Shown here: piece after piece, positions 8,316-18,824 of the stretch | How positions within the stretch are numbered: the first letter of the stretch is position 1 | How the letters are laid out: the number at the start of each line of letters is the position of its first letter | IMG/VR virus record: IMGVR_UViG_3300044609_000595 | Span: 1 to 64,000 of that record | Reading direction: 5' to 3' (one strand) | Length of the DNA: 64,000 bases | Source: a virus | Translations under genes and position numbers: made by a program | Notes under the pieces: generated by a model | Databases searched by the model: none | What the model saw: the letters and a program-made list of their open reading frames with translations, nothing else | What the model was told of the DNA's origin: nothing

Positions 8316-10807
8316 AATTTTACACCAGTGTTGAACAATCGGGAAATTCTATTCTCGTTCGTGGTTATGAAAATGGTAAAAAATTTCAAGACAAAGTTCA
8401 ATTCAATCCGACGTTGTTTCTTCCTTCTGCTAAGCAGGAAGAATGGAAAACACTCGACGGTAAATATGTTCGACCTGTACAACAGGGAAGCATCCGTGAT
8501 GCTAAACAATTTATTCAAGATCATAAGGACATTGAGGATTTTCAAATCTACGGTCAGACTCGTTTTCTGAACCAATATATTTTTGAGGAGTATCCTGATG
8601 ATGAGATTCAATATGACACAAGTAAGATTCGTGTGTTTACTCTTGACATCGAAACTGGTGCAGAGAATGGTTTCCCAGATCTAGAATCTGCTGATCAAGA
8701 AATTCTTTTGATTAGTATTAAAGATAGTGAGATGGGCAGGATCACTGTGTTCGGATCTCGTCCTTATGATAATGATGATAAAGAAGTTAATTATCTCCAG
8801 TTCAATTCTGAAGTCGGATTACTTAAAGGGTTCCTTCACTGGTGGATGGAAAATTATCCAGATGTAATTACTGGTTGGAATGTCCAGTTGTTTGACATCC
8901 CATACATCTATCGTAGGATTGAGCGTATGGTAGGAGAAGCAGAAGCTCGTCTTCTTTCTCCTTGGAAAAATACCATGTCAAGAGAAATCTTTATCAAGGG
9001 TCGCAAGAACTTTGCTTATGACTTGATGGGTATTGCCACTCTGGATTATCTTGAACTGTATAAGAAATTTACTTATACTAACCAAGAATCATATCGTCTT
9101 GATCATATTGCTTTTGTAGAACTCGAAGAAAAGAAACTAGATCACTCCGAGCATGATACATTCAAGGAGTTCTACACGAAAGATTGGGACAAATTTGTAA
9201 AGTATAATATTCATGACGTTCGCCTTGTTGATCGTTTGGATGACAAGATGAAACTTCTTGAACTTGCTTTTACCATGGCATATGATGCTAAAGTAAATTT
9301 TGAGGATGTATATTCTCAGGTACGTATGTGGGATAACATCATTTATGTTTATCTCGCCAAACAAAATATAACTATTCCTCCTAAGAGGGAAAGCACAAAA
9401 GATAATAAGTATGCTGGTGCTTATGTAAAAGAACCTGTGCCTGGTATGTATGACTGGGTGGTGAGTTTTGACCTAAACTCTCTGTATCCTCACCTTATCA
9501 TGCAATACAATCTTTCGCCAGAAACACTTCTGAGTGAAAGACATTCACATGCCAGCGTGGATAGATTTTTGAATCAGGAGATTGATTTAAGTGACTTGTC
9601 TGGAAAAACTGTCTGTGCTAATGGCACTTTTTATACAACTGAGTATCAAGGATTCCTGCCAAAGCTCATGGAAAAAATCTATGAAGAACGTACTATCTAC
9701 AAAAAGAAAATGCTGGCAGCCAAACAGCAGTACGAAAATAATCCAACGGTTGAGTTGAAGAAAGAGATTGCTCGCTGCAATAACATTCAGATGGCACGTA
9801 AGATTCAACTCAACTCTGCTTATGGTGCCATTGGTAACGAGCACTTCCGTTATTACAAACTTGAGATTGCTGAAGCTATCACTCTATCTGGTCAATTGTC
9901 AATTCGTTGGATTGGCAATAAGATGAATGCTCATCTAAACAAAGTTCTCAAAACAAATAATGTAGATTATGTTATTGCTTCTGATACTGATTCTATGTAC
10001 TTGTGTCTGGATGGCTTGGTACAGAGTGTATACAAAGGCAGAGAGGTTCCTAATGAAAAAATTGTTGGGTTCCTTGATAAGGTCTGTCAGGTGGAACTTG
10101 AGCCTTTTATTGAAAGTTCTTACCAAGAATTGGCCGACTACGTAAATGCTTACGCTCAAATGATGAAGATGAAGCGGGAGAATATTGCTAACCGTGGATT
10201 CTGGACTGCCAAGAAACGTTATGTTCTTAACGTATGGGATAGTGAAGGTGTTCGATACAAAGAACCTAAGATGAAAATCTGTGGTATGGAAACCGCTAGA
10301 TCTTCCACGCCAGCATACTTCCGAGATAAGTTATACAAAGCTTACACAATCATTATTAATAAAACTAATGATGATGTGATTAATTTTATCGAGCAGATAA
10401 AAGAAGATACTCGGAAACAAAATTATCTTGACATTGCGTTTCCTCGGGGTTGTAATGGACTACAAAAATATGCAAGTCGTTCAAAAATTTATGGAGAGAG
10501 GACACCTATTCAGGTCAGAGGTGCATTACTGTATAATCACTATGTACGAAGTAATGATCTTACTCACAAGTACCCTCTTATCCAAGAAGGAGAGAAGATC
10601 AAGTTTCTCTACCTCAAGATGCCAAACCCCATCCAAGAAAATGTGATCTCATTTTTCAGCACATTACCAGTTGAGTTTAATCTTGATAAGTATGTGGACT
10701 ATCGAACACAATTTGAAAAGTCATTTTACGAACCGCTGAGAAATGTGCTAGAATGTATTGGCTGGGATGCTGAGCGAAAGATCTCGCTCATGAGTTTTTT
10801 TAGTTAG
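8312..10807 (+). CDS. gp43: Family B DNA polymerase
   Basis: Exonuclease DIET; polymerase [19 protein letters not shown] and SDTDS. No intein or intron seen. Confidence 0.98.
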   Translation: MKFYTSVEQSGNSILVRGYENGKKFQDKVQFNPTLFLPSAKQEEWKTLDGKYVRPVQQGSIRDAKQFIQDHKDIEDFQIYGQTRFLNQYIFEEYPDDEIQYDTSKIRVFTLDIETGAENGFPDLESADQEILLISIKDSEMGRITVFGSRPYDNDDKEVNYLQFNSEVGLLKGFLHWWMENYPDVITGWNVQLFDIPYIYRRIERMVGEAEARLLSPWKNTMSREIFIKGRKNFAYDLMGIATLDYLELYKKFTYTNQESYRLDHIAFVELEEKKLDHSEHDTFKEFYTKDWDKFVKYNIHDVRLVDRLDDKMKLLELAFTMAYDAKVNFEDVYSQVRMWDNIIYVYLAKQNITIPPKRESTKDNKYAGAYVKEPVPGMYDWVVSFDLNSLYPHLIMQYNLSPETLLSERHSHASVDRFLNQEIDLSDLSGKTVCANGTFYTTEYQGFLPKLMEKIYEERTIYKKKMLAAKQQYENNPTVELKKEIARCNNIQMARKIQLNSAYGAIGNEHFRYYKLEIAEAITLSGQLSIRWIGNKMNAHLNKVLKTNNVDYVIASDTDSMYLCLDGLVQSVYKGREVPNEKIVGFLDKVCQVELEPFIESSYQELADYVNAYAQMMKMKRENIANRGFWTAKKRYVLNVWDSEGVRYKEPKMKICGMETARSSTPAYFRDKLYKAYTIIINKTNDDVINFIEQIKEDTRKQNYLDIAFPRGCNGLQKYASRSKIYGERTPIQVRGALLYNHYVRSNDLTHKYPLIQEGEKIKFLYLKMPNPIQENVISFFSTLPVEFNLDKYVDYRTQFEKSFYEPLRNVLECIGWDAERKISLMSFFS

Positions 10808-10814
10808 GAGAATT

Positions 10815-11846
10815 ATGGATTTTTTGCAACAAGTAATTAAGGATAGTAAAAATGAATTCGCTGCCCTTGCTGCTGATGGCATTGCTGCTGGCGACGTTGA
10901 ATCTTTTGTTGATACTGGGAGCTACATTTTTAATGCCCTGGTTTCTGGATCTTTGTATGGGGGTATTCCCTCAAATAAAATTACGGCTATTGCTGGAGAA
11001 TCGGGCACGGGAAAGACTTTTTTCTGTCTTAGTGTCGTTCGTAATTTCCTCAATATTGATCCTAACGCTGGAGTCATTTACTTTGAAACTGAGTCTGCCA
11101 TTAGTAAGCAGATGATTGAAAGCAGGGGAATTGATTCTAAGCGTATGGTTATTTTCCCTGTGGATACTATTGAGGAATTTAGAACCCAGGCCGTTAGAAT
11201 CATCGATAAATACATGGAGCAACCAAAAGAGGAGCGTAAGCCCCTCATGTTTGTTCTCGATTCCCTTGGAATGCTTGCCACAAATAAAGAAGTTGAGGAT
11301 GCTTCTAACGACAAGAATGTTCGTGACATGACCAAGGCACAGCTAACCAAATCAGTGTTTAGAATTCTCACACTGAAACTTGGCAAAGCAAACATTCCCA
11401 TGTTAGTTACTAATCATACCTATGACGTTGTTGGCGCTTACGTTCCTACGAAAGAGATGGGCGGTGGTAGTGGTCTTAAGTATTCTGCTAGCACAATCAT
11501 TTACCTCTCGAAGAAAAAAGAAAAAGATGGAACAGATCTCATCGGAAACATTATTAAATGTGAGGCGAAGAAGTCCCGTCTGACCCGTGAAGGATCCAAG
11601 GTCGAGACCCGTCTGTATTTTGATGAGCGTGGTCTCGAACGCCACTATGGTCTGCTAGAATTGGGAGAGCGAGCTGGCATCTGGAAAAACAGTGCTGGTC
11701 GCTATGAAGTCAACGGTAAGAAAGTTTATGGTAAAGAAATTCTACGAAATCCAGATGATTATTTCACCGATGATATAATGGCAAAGCTACAGGAACAAGC
11801 ATCAGTTGAATTTCTTTATGGGGTAAGTGATGACGGAGAAGATTGA
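10815..11846 (+). CDS. uvsX: RecA-like recombinase UvsX
   Basis: [14 protein letters not shown] and MGGGSGLKY. Confidence 0.95.
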   Translation: MDFLQQVIKDSKNEFAALAADGIAAGDVESFVDTGSYIFNALVSGSLYGGIPSNKITAIAGESGTGKTFFCLSVVRNFLNIDPNAGVIYFETESAISKQMIESRGIDSKRMVIFPVDTIEEFRTQAVRIIDKYMEQPKEERKPLMFVLDSLGMLATNKEVEDASNDKNVRDMTKAQLTKSVFRILTLKLGKANIPMLVTNHTYDVVGAYVPTKEMGGGSGLKYSASTIIYLSKKKEKDGTDLIGNIIKCEAKKSRLTREGSKVETRLYFDERGLERHYGLLELGERAGIWKNSAGRYEVNGKKVYGKEILRNPDDYFTDDIMAKLQEQASVEFLYGVSDDGED

Positions 11847-13218
11847 AGCAACTATTCTAAGAAACTTAATTTGTAATGAGGAATACTATCGGAAGGTAGT
11901 TCCTCATCTCAAAGCAGAATATTTTGAAGAACATTCTGAGAAAGTTATCTTTGAAGAGATTCACGATTTCTCCGTCAAGTACGATAAAGTTCCTACAAAG
12001 GAAATATTAATCTTAGCACTACAAGATAGAAATGATCTCACTGAAGACACTTATAAAGAAAGCCTTACGAAAATCAAAGAGTATAGTGATGAATCAATCG
12101 ACAAAGATTGGGTCGTCACAGCAACAGAAAAGTGGTGTAAAGATAGGGCCATTTACAACGCCCTACTCCAGTCAATCAAAATTGCTGACGGGGGAGATCC
12201 GAAGTTATCAAGAGATTCAATCCCATCGATACTTCAAGAAGCCTTGGCAGTTTCGTTTGATGAATACATAGGACACGACTACGTAGATAACGTACTGCAA
12301 CGTTATGAATATTATCATAAAGATGAATCAAAGATTCCATTTGATCTTGAGAAATTCAATCTTATCACCAAAGGGGGACTCCCGAATAAGACGCTTAACG
12401 TTGCTTTGGCTGGAACTGGTGTGGGCAAGTCTCTTTTTATGTGTCACTGTGCCGCTTCTAATCTTTCCCAGGGGAAGAATGTTCTTTACATTACCATGGA
12501 GATGGCAGAAGAGAAGATTGCTGAACGCATTGATGCAAACTTACTGAACGTAAACATCAAAGATATTGGATCTATTCCAGAATCAATCTTCACTTCTAGA
12601 GTTCATCAGATTGGACAGAAGACACAAGGTAAACTTATTATTAAAGAATACCCTACTGCTTCTGCTCACGTTGGTCACTTCAAAGCATTGCTCAGTGATC
12701 TACGATTGAAAAAGGATTTCGCTCCCGACATCATTTACATTGACTATCTTAATATCTGTGCTTCTGCTAGATATAAAGGTCATATCGTAAATTCATATAC
12801 GTATGTTAAAGCGATTGCTGAGGAGCTTCGTGGTCTTGCTGTTGAGCATAACGTACCAATTGTCACTGCTACTCAGACTACTCGTTCTGGTTTCGGCAAT
12901 TCTGACGTTGATCTTACCGACACTTCTGAATCCTTTGGTCTTCCTGCTACAGCAGATTTTATGTTTGCTCTTATTGCCACTGAGGAGCTTGAACAGTCTG
13001 GGCGTATCATGGTTAAACAACTTAAGAACCGATACAACGATCCGACTTACTACAAGAGGTTCACTGTGGGTATTGACAGAGCGAAGATGAAGTTGTATAA
13101 TGTAGATGACTCGGAAGGTTCTATCACGGACACCGACGAGGAAGAAACCTTCGAACGCTTTGAAGATACTTCCAACAAACAATCTCGCCTCAATAAATTT
13201 TCAACTTTTGTAATTTAA
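11830..13218 (+). CDS. gp41: Replicative helicase
   Basis: [27 protein letters not shown] and KQLKNRY. Confidence 0.96.
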   Translation: MTEKIEATILRNLICNEEYYRKVVPHLKAEYFEEHSEKVIFEEIHDFSVKYDKVPTKEILILALQDRNDLTEDTYKESLTKIKEYSDESIDKDWVVTATEKWCKDRAIYNALLQSIKIADGGDPKLSRDSIPSILQEALAVSFDEYIGHDYVDNVLQRYEYYHKDESKIPFDLEKFNLITKGGLPNKTLNVALAGTGVGKSLFMCHCAASNLSQGKNVLYITMEMAEEKIAERIDANLLNVNIKDIGSIPESIFTSRVHQIGQKTQGKLIIKEYPTASAHVGHFKALLSDLRLKKDFAPDIIYIDYLNICASARYKGHIVNSYTYVKAIAEELRGLAVEHNVPIVTATQTTRSGFGNSDVDLTDTSESFGLPATADFMFALIATEELEQSGRIMVKQLKNRYNDPTYYKRFTVGIDRAKMKLYNVDDSEGSITDTDEEETFERFEDTSNKQSRLNKFSTFVI

Positions 13219-13221
13219 TTT

Positions 13222-13632
13222 ATGTCTGACACTATTGTATTTCAACGCTACGAAGAGTTTGTAGATGCCGTTACCAGCGATGCTTCTAAAGATTTTTGCT
13301 CCCTTGCTGATCGGCTTGTTGAGCTTGATGGTAAAGGTGCCAATATTGAACGATTGCTTACTGCTGGCGTTGGCATTAATGCTGAAGGCGGTGAGTTCCT
13401 GGAGATCGTTAAGAAAATGGTTTTCCAAGGCAAACCCTGGAACGATGACAATCGGGAGCATCTTATTATTGAACTCGGCGATATTATGTGGTATGTTGCT
13501 CAAGCAACTCAAGCACTCGGAATTTCTTTCAACGAAGTTATTGAGCGTAATGTAAAGAAACTTGAGAAGCGTTATCCTGGTGGAGCGTTTGACATCTACT
13601 ACTCGGAGCATCGAGCAGAAGATGACCGATAA
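13222..13632 (+). CDS. mazG: MazG nucleotide pyrophosphohydrolase
   Basis: EGGEFLEIVKK and ELGDIMWY. Confidence 0.92.
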   Translation: MSDTIVFQRYEEFVDAVTSDASKDFCSLADRLVELDGKGANIERLLTAGVGINAEGGEFLEIVKKMVFQGKPWNDDNREHLIIELGDIMWYVAQATQALGISFNEVIERNVKKLEKRYPGGAFDIYYSEHRAEDDR

Positions 13633-13640
13633 ATAAATGA

Positions 13641-13693
13641 GATAGAGTTCAAGTCCCTGTTATATCCTTGAGGTATATCACACTTGAACCATC
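13641..13693 (+). other. Long intergenic hairpin, candidate ncRNA or processing element
   Basis: GTTCAAGT (13647-54) pairs with ACTTGAAC (13682-89), with an inner ATATCC/GGTATAT stem; follows ATAAATA. Confidence 0.45.
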
Positions 13694-13702
13694 AAAAATA
13701 TT

Positions 13703-13787
13703 GGAAGTGTGGCCGAGTGGTTGAAGGCACTTGTCTTGAAAACAAGCAACGTGAAAGCGTTCGTGGGTTCGAATCCTACCACTTCCG
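13703..13787 (+). tRNA. tRNA-Ser (TGA)
   Basis: GGAAGTG/CACTTCC acceptor stem, CTTGT-CTTGAAA-ACAAG anticodon arm, long variable arm, GTTCGAATC. Confidence 0.95.
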
Positions 13788-13805
13788 TTCAACTTAAAAC
13801 CTTAA

Positions 13806-14084
13806 ATGAAAAGTTTCAAACAATTAAGACAAGAAGTAACGCAAGAATCGTATCTTCAAAAAGAAATTTTTCAAGAAGGTAATATCATAATGAATGTTAA
13901 CACTGGGGAAAAGGGTCGCATTATTCGATCTGGTGTTAACTATGTGATTGCTGTTACCGAATCACAGAAGATGTTTCGTGCTTGGGTTAAAGATATTCGT
14001 GCTATTAACATCGATGAAAACATAAATAAAGAAAGGAAAAATAGTAGTATCTTTACAAATGGAAAGACAGAAAGCCACGACTGA
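13806..14084 (+). CDS. Hypothetical protein (small beta-barrel-like)
   Basis: 92 aa; GRIIRSGVNYVI and FRAWVKDI resemble conserved cyanophage proteins. Confidence 0.65.
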   Translation: MKSFKQLRQEVTQESYLQKEIFQEGNIIMNVNTGEKGRIIRSGVNYVIAVTESQKMFRAWVKDIRAINIDENINKERKNSSIFTNGKTESHD

Positions 14085-14946
14085 AGTTAAAAACATGGAT
14101 GCTTTTTCGCAAGCATTGATACAGTCTGTAGTGTATCATCTTGGTGAAGAAGGAATCCCTTCATTACAAAAGAAAGGTAATGAAGATGATTTCTCGAAGA
14201 AAGATCCTAAGGCAAAAGCTGCTCCTGCTGATCCAGCAATCAACATTGCTGCTGGTACTGGAACGAAGCAATCTCATGGTGCCGAAATCGAATACACAAC
14301 TGTAAAAACTAAAGATGTTCAGCGTGAAGAAGCTGAACTAGAAGAAGCTAAAAATAAAGAAGGTAAGGAACAAGGTGCTGATGGCAAAGCTTGCTGGAAA
14401 GGTTACAAGTATGCTGGCACTGAAAAAGGTAAAGACAAGTGTGTGAAGGAAGAAGACGAGAGCAAGGCAGAAGAAGAAAAAGAAAAGAAGATGAGTAAGT
14501 CTGCTAAGGAAAAGCACGAGAAGGCTGAGGATAAAGCAGAAAAGAAAGCAGGCATGAAGGAGCAAGTAACTCTCCAGGACATCGTTGAGAAGGCTGTGAG
14601 CAAGTCTCAGCAAAGATTTATGGGTATGGTTCACGCCAAGAAGAAGGGTGAAATGAAAGGTGGTTCAGAAGAAGTTAAGAAAGCTGCTGCTTCAATGACT
14701 GGCAAAGAAGCAGAGAAGTTTGCTTCCACTAAGCACAAAGGTCTTCCTGAGAAAAAGAAAACTAATGAAGCACTTGATCCAGTAGGCAAGGAAGATGCTG
14801 ATGTAAATAATGATGGTAAGACCGACAATCAAGACAAGTTCCTCAAAGGTCGTCGTTCAAAAGTTAGCAAGATTATTGCTGCCAAAAAGAAAGTTGATGA
14901 AATGATTGCTTTGGAACAGGAGATTATTGCTGAAAAAAAGCAGTGA
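14059..14946 (+). CDS. Charged modular protein, probably head-internal or prohead-associated
   Basis: K/E-rich, with short modules (CWKGY, AVSKSQQRFMGMV, LDPVGKEDADVNNDG) separated by Glu-rich joints; ATAAATA upstream. Confidence 0.6.
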   Translation: MERQKATTEVKNMDAFSQALIQSVVYHLGEEGIPSLQKKGNEDDFSKKDPKAKAAPADPAINIAAGTGTKQSHGAEIEYTTVKTKDVQREEAELEEAKNKEGKEQGADGKACWKGYKYAGTEKGKDKCVKEEDESKAEEEKEKKMSKSAKEKHEKAEDKAEKKAGMKEQVTLQDIVEKAVSKSQQRFMGMVHAKKKGEMKGGSEEVKKAAASMTGKEAEKFASTKHKGLPEKKKTNEALDPVGKEDADVNNDGKTDNQDKFLKGRRSKVSKIIAAKKKVDEMIALEQEIIAEKKQ

Positions 14947-15114
14947 AGGCAGAGCCTACTGTTGAGGTAATGCCAGAAATTCCTGACGCATCTACGCCAG
15001 AATTTAAACAAAATAAAAAAAAATATAATAAGTATATTGGTAAAGCTCTTAGGTCACAAGAGAAGGATAAAATAAATATTACGGGGAAACCCTAAACTAA
15101 AGGAGGATAAAATC

Positions 15115-15285
15115 ATGGGAGCACTAGTAGAGTTAGTAAGACCAATAATTATGGCTGCAATTAATAGCTGCCACACCAAAAAACTTGTATGTGATCTATT
15201 AGATAGATACGTAGAGTCAACTGATAACGATGTTGATAATGTTATTGCTGGTGCAGTTAGAACAGCCCTAATGAAAGGATGCTGA
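15115..15285 (+). CDS. Small hypothetical protein (56 aa, MGALVELVRP...)
   Basis: Read manually. AGGAGG RBS; terminator follows. Confidence 0.75.
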   Translation: MGALVELVRPIIMAAINSCHTKKLVCDLLDRYVESTDNDVDNVIAGAVRTALMKGC

Positions 15286-15306
15286 TTTAAATAAAATATC
15301 TTATCT

Positions 15307-15337
15307 AGGGGAGGCAACTCCCCTTTTTTTATAAATA
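15307..15337 (+). terminator. Terminator followed by a T4 late promoter (TATAAATA)
   Basis: AGGGGAG-GCAA-CTCCCCT stem with T-run; TATAAATA at 15330-15337. Confidence 0.8.
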
Positions 15338-15372
15338 TGTTTTAGATATAAAGTTCATGCTGGGGTAATTAA

Positions 15373-16335
15373 ATGACTCTTTACAGTCGTTCAGAAAATA
15401 ACGCACAAAGTTTAAAAGTATTAAACACTACAGAAAAAAATTCTGTAGATAAGTACGATTGGGATAACACTCTTATTGTAAATGGTCCTAGCACTGTTGA
15501 AGGATCCCAGGGATATAGCACTGCCGCTCGTCGTACAGTTTATATTGATGATGTAGAAGCAACACTTCCTGCAAACAGAGAGCGTGGTTTGACTGCTCCT
15601 GGTTGGTGGGAGTATATGACTTATACTGATGCCGCTGGTAATACTCGTCACAAGGCACAGCATCTCGTAGCATTCAAAGATGCTCCCGCAAATACTGCTG
15701 ACCTAGATGATAATGTTGCTGCTGACGTAGCAGCTACTATTACAATTTCTGCTCAACCTACTAATCAAACTGCTATTGCTCCATGGGGAGGAATTACTGG
15801 ATTAAGTTATCCAGCTGCTAATGCTCTTAGAGAAGAAGGAGCATATGAAATTGGACCATCTGACTACACAACTAATAATGATGGAACTGGAGCTAGTTTC
15901 ACTGTTTATGTTAGTGCAACTGGGGCAGTTACTGTAGATTTTGTAACTAGTGATACTTCTGGTGGCCAAGATTTCAGCGGTGGCGACACAATCACAATTC
16001 CTGATAGTCTTCTTGGTGGTGGCGGAGCACCTAATGTTGTTCTAACAGTCACTTCTGTTTCCGACGCATCTGCTACATTTGGAGTAACTGCTAGTGTTAC
16101 TGGTTCTGGATCACCTACACTTTCTTATCAGTGGCAAACTCAGGCACCATCTGGAACTAAGTGGACTAATCTTGCTGGCGAAACTGGCAACGAATACATT
16201 GGTATTGATCTAGTACTTGCTGATAATGGTAGAAAGTATAGAGTTAAGATTACTTCAAGCAATGGTGCTGATGAAGTAATTTCTAACGTAGCAACTCTAA
16301 CAACTCGCTCTGCTTCTTGGTTCTGGAACGATTGA
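15373..16335 (+). CDS. Virion structural protein with Ig-like domain
   Basis: Late promoter upstream; TISAQP...LSYQWQ...GRKYRVKITS Ig-like signature. Confidence 0.7.
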   Translation: MTLYSRSENNAQSLKVLNTTEKNSVDKYDWDNTLIVNGPSTVEGSQGYSTAARRTVYIDDVEATLPANRERGLTAPGWWEYMTYTDAAGNTRHKAQHLVAFKDAPANTADLDDNVAADVAATITISAQPTNQTAIAPWGGITGLSYPAANALREEGAYEIGPSDYTTNNDGTGASFTVYVSATGAVTVDFVTSDTSGGQDFSGGDTITIPDSLLGGGGAPNVVLTVTSVSDASATFGVTASVTGSGSPTLSYQWQTQAPSGTKWTNLAGETGNEYIGIDLVLADNGRKYRVKITSSNGADEVISNVATLTTRSASWFWND

Positions 16336-16341
16336 TAACCC

Positions 16342-16698
16342 ATGATATTTGATGAATTGACAAAAGACAATTGGGTTTTATTTGCTATAAAACATTATGA
16401 AAATCCTTCATCAGTTACATATGAAGATTTTGAAGAAGATCTAAACAGATTTAAATACATTAAAAGATTACTTCGTCGTTATGAAACCACAGGTGAATTG
16501 AAAACCCATCTTATTTTAAATCATATTATTTTAATGTATAATGTATTTGGTGATGCCACAACACCATTGTTGTTCTTTAAAATAGAAGCAACATATTGGT
16601 CTGTATTAAAGGCATTTTTGCTTTTCCTAAATAGATTACCAGACAGTTTAAATAAAAACGTTGACCAAGAATGTCTAAAACAACTGAATCTACTATAA
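16342..16698 (+). CDS. Conserved T4-like phage hypothetical protein
   Basis: FEEDLNRFKYIKRLL...LILNHII.LYNVFG-type pattern. Confidence 0.8.
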   Translation: MIFDELTKDNWVLFAIKHYENPSSVTYEDFEEDLNRFKYIKRLLRRYETTGELKTHLILNHIILMYNVFGDATTPLLFFKIEATYWSVLKAFLLFLNRLPDSLNKNVDQECLKQLNLL

Positions 16699-17390
16699 AC
16701 GAAATGATTAATTCTGCTGGCGATGGCAGTGGTCTTCAATTGCCACCTGCATTTGTTTTGGTTAATCCTAAACAACATCGTAAGTATAAAAAATCTAATC
16801 AAGATTATATTGACGGTAGATCTAAAGGAGCAAAAAATTTACTCTCTCGCATTAACCGACGCAAAAAAATGAAAGAAGAATTAGAAACAATTATTTCTGA
16901 AGCGGCACCCTCGGAAACCGAGAGAGCCCAGAAACAAATTGCCCAACAAAAAAAGCTTAATCGTCAAAAAGATCTTCAAAAGAAGCGTGACGAAGCTAAG
17001 GGCAAGATGATGACAAAAACAAAAGAGATGGACACATTGATGAAAGCCCGTCTCGCTGACTTTAAAAAGAAAGCTGCTGATCAACAGCAGAAGGTAATGA
17101 AAAACTCTTATCAACCTGAGAATGATACAATTATGGAAAATACTGCACTAGATGCTCTTGAAGTTGCAATGCAAGTAGCCACCTCGGAATTAACACACGG
17201 GGAAACTCAATTTGCTAAAATTCAATTTGAAGATGGATCTGTTCAAAACTTAGATAATTTTTCAGCTAAAAAAATTGCTGCTACTTATGCTTCTCTTTCT
17301 GCAGAGAATCAACAGCAATTTAGATACATGCTTAATAAAGATGCTGCATCATATCAAAGTGCTCTTGATTTCGCTGTAAGAAATATTTAA
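16692..17390 (+). CDS. Hypothetical coiled-coil protein
   Basis: Long ORF with YIDGRSK motif; start uncertain (16671 or 16692). Confidence 0.65.
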   Translation, partial: TINEMINSAGDGSGLQLPPAFVLVNPKQHRKYKKSNQDYIDGRSKGAKNLLSRINRRKKMKEELETIISEAAPSETERAQKQIAQQKKLNRQKDLQKKRDEAKGKMMTKTKEMDTLMKARLADFKKKAADQQQKVMKNSYQPENDTIMENTALDALEVAMQVATSELTHGETQFAKIQFEDGSVQNLDNFSAKKIAATYASLSAENQQQFRYMLNKDAASYQSALDFAVRNI

Positions 17391-17400
17391 GGGCAGGTAG

Positions 17401-17835
17401 ATGTTTAATAATACGATTAATAAAGAACTCGCTAAATTGGATGTATTGGAATCTAAATTAAACATCTACGAAACACTATCAAGGGAGATGCTGGATAAGT
17501 TGGAGAATGCAGTAGATAAGATTTCCGAATCTAATCAACGTATTGCTAATATCCTCGCTAAGCATGATGAACGTATTGACCAAAGTATTAAAACAGATGA
17601 ACTTATCGTTAAAATGATTGAGGATGTCAAGCACAGTAATTCGGAAGAACATAAAGCTGTTATCAAAAGATTAGAAACAGTTGAAAATAATGTAACCGAA
17701 TTATCAAAATTCAAATGGCAGGCGGCAGCCCTTGTAGGTGCCGCCATTTTGCTGGTTGGATTGGTGGTCCCGTTTGTTGACAACATGCTCGCCATGCGCT
17801 ATGATGGAGGGACCGAGCAAACCACTACACGATGA
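17401..17835 (+). CDS. Coiled-coil protein with C-terminal transmembrane helix
   Basis: Heptad pattern followed by WQAAALVGAAILLVGLVV; paralog of 40494..40916. Confidence 0.75.
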   Translation: MFNNTINKELAKLDVLESKLNIYETLSREMLDKLENAVDKISESNQRIANILAKHDERIDQSIKTDELIVKMIEDVKHSNSEEHKAVIKRLETVENNVTELSKFKWQAAALVGAAILLVGLVVPFVDNMLAMRYDGGTEQTTTR

Positions 17836-18824
17836 GTTACATTGATACCAAGTACATTGGTTTAGTTTCTCCCCAGCTTCAAAAATTCTCAAAGAAAAAA
17901 GATTCCCTCTACAACTTCCGATGCCCCTACTGTGGTGACAGTAAAAAGCATCAGAACAAAACTAGAGGGTATCTTTTTAAGGTCAAGAATGACTTTGTTT
18001 TTAAGTGCCACAACTGTGGCGTAGGAAGAACATTTACCAACTTTTTGAAAGATAATTGTGTTCATCTGTATAATCAATATGTGATGGAACGTTATCGTGA
18101 AGGTCTTACTGGGAAAAATACACAGACGAAAAATCCAGAGTTTAATTTTAAATCTCCTGAATTTAAAAAAAGAAAAACAGGCATTGATTTAGAAAAAATT
18201 TCAGAACTAAATATTTCACACCCAGCAAGGGTGTACTTAGAAGAAAGAAAAATTAAAGAACTAGACTACTTTTACTACTGTCCCAAATTTAAACAATGGA
18301 CAAATTCTCAGTTGGATGTATTTCCAAACTTGAAGCAAGATGGTCCTAGAATTATCATACCTCTCAGGGATAAAGAAGGAAACATGTTTGGATACCAAGG
18401 TCGCTCCTTGGCACCTAAAGCAAAACTTAGATACATCACAATTATGCTTGATGAGTCCAAGACGAAAATATTTGGACTAGACAGAGTAAACGAAGATAAA
18501 ACAATTTACGTTACCGAGGGACCATTTGATAGCATGTTCCTTTCAAATAGTGTTGCTATGTGTGGCAGTGATGTTAACATGAGCAATCTAAATTATGATC
18601 TGGTATATGTGTTTGATAATGAACCGAGGAATAAACAAATTGTCCAAAAACACATCAAAGCAATTGATGATGGGGAAAAGGTAGTCATTTGGCCTTCTGG
18701 GATTATTGAAAAAGATATCAATGACATGATTATGGCTGGACATAATGTTCAGAATGTGGTAGAATCTAATACCTACCAAGGACTAGAAGCAAAACTTAAA
18801 TTAACCGAATGGAAGAAAGTATGA
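17832..18824 (+). CDS. gp61: DNA primase
   Basis: CPYCGDS...CHNC zinc finger; TOPRIM motifs VTEGPFD, FDNEPRN and KDINDM. Confidence 0.96.
   Translation: MSYIDTKYIGLVSPQLQKFSKKKDSLYNFRCPYCGDSKKHQNKTRGYLFKVKNDFVFKCHNCGVGRTFTNFLKDNCVHLYNQYVMERYREGLTGKNTQTKNPEFNFKSPEFKKRKTGIDLEKISELNISHPARVYLEERKIKELDYFYYCPKFKQWTNSQLDVFPNLKQDGPRIIIPLRDKEGNMFGYQGRSLAPKAKLRYITIMLDESKTKIFGLDRVNEDKTIYVTEGPFDSMFLSNSVAMCGSDVNMSNLNYDLVYVFDNEPRNKQIVQKHIKAIDDGEKVVIWPSGIIEKDINDMIMAGHNVQNVVESNTYQGLEAKLKLTEWKKV

Noticed and set aside
10795-10807. T_TTT_TTT slippery run at the end of gp43, suggesting a gp43-uvsX fusion
   Set aside because: The -1 frame hits TAG immediately, and uvsX has its own AGGAG RBS.
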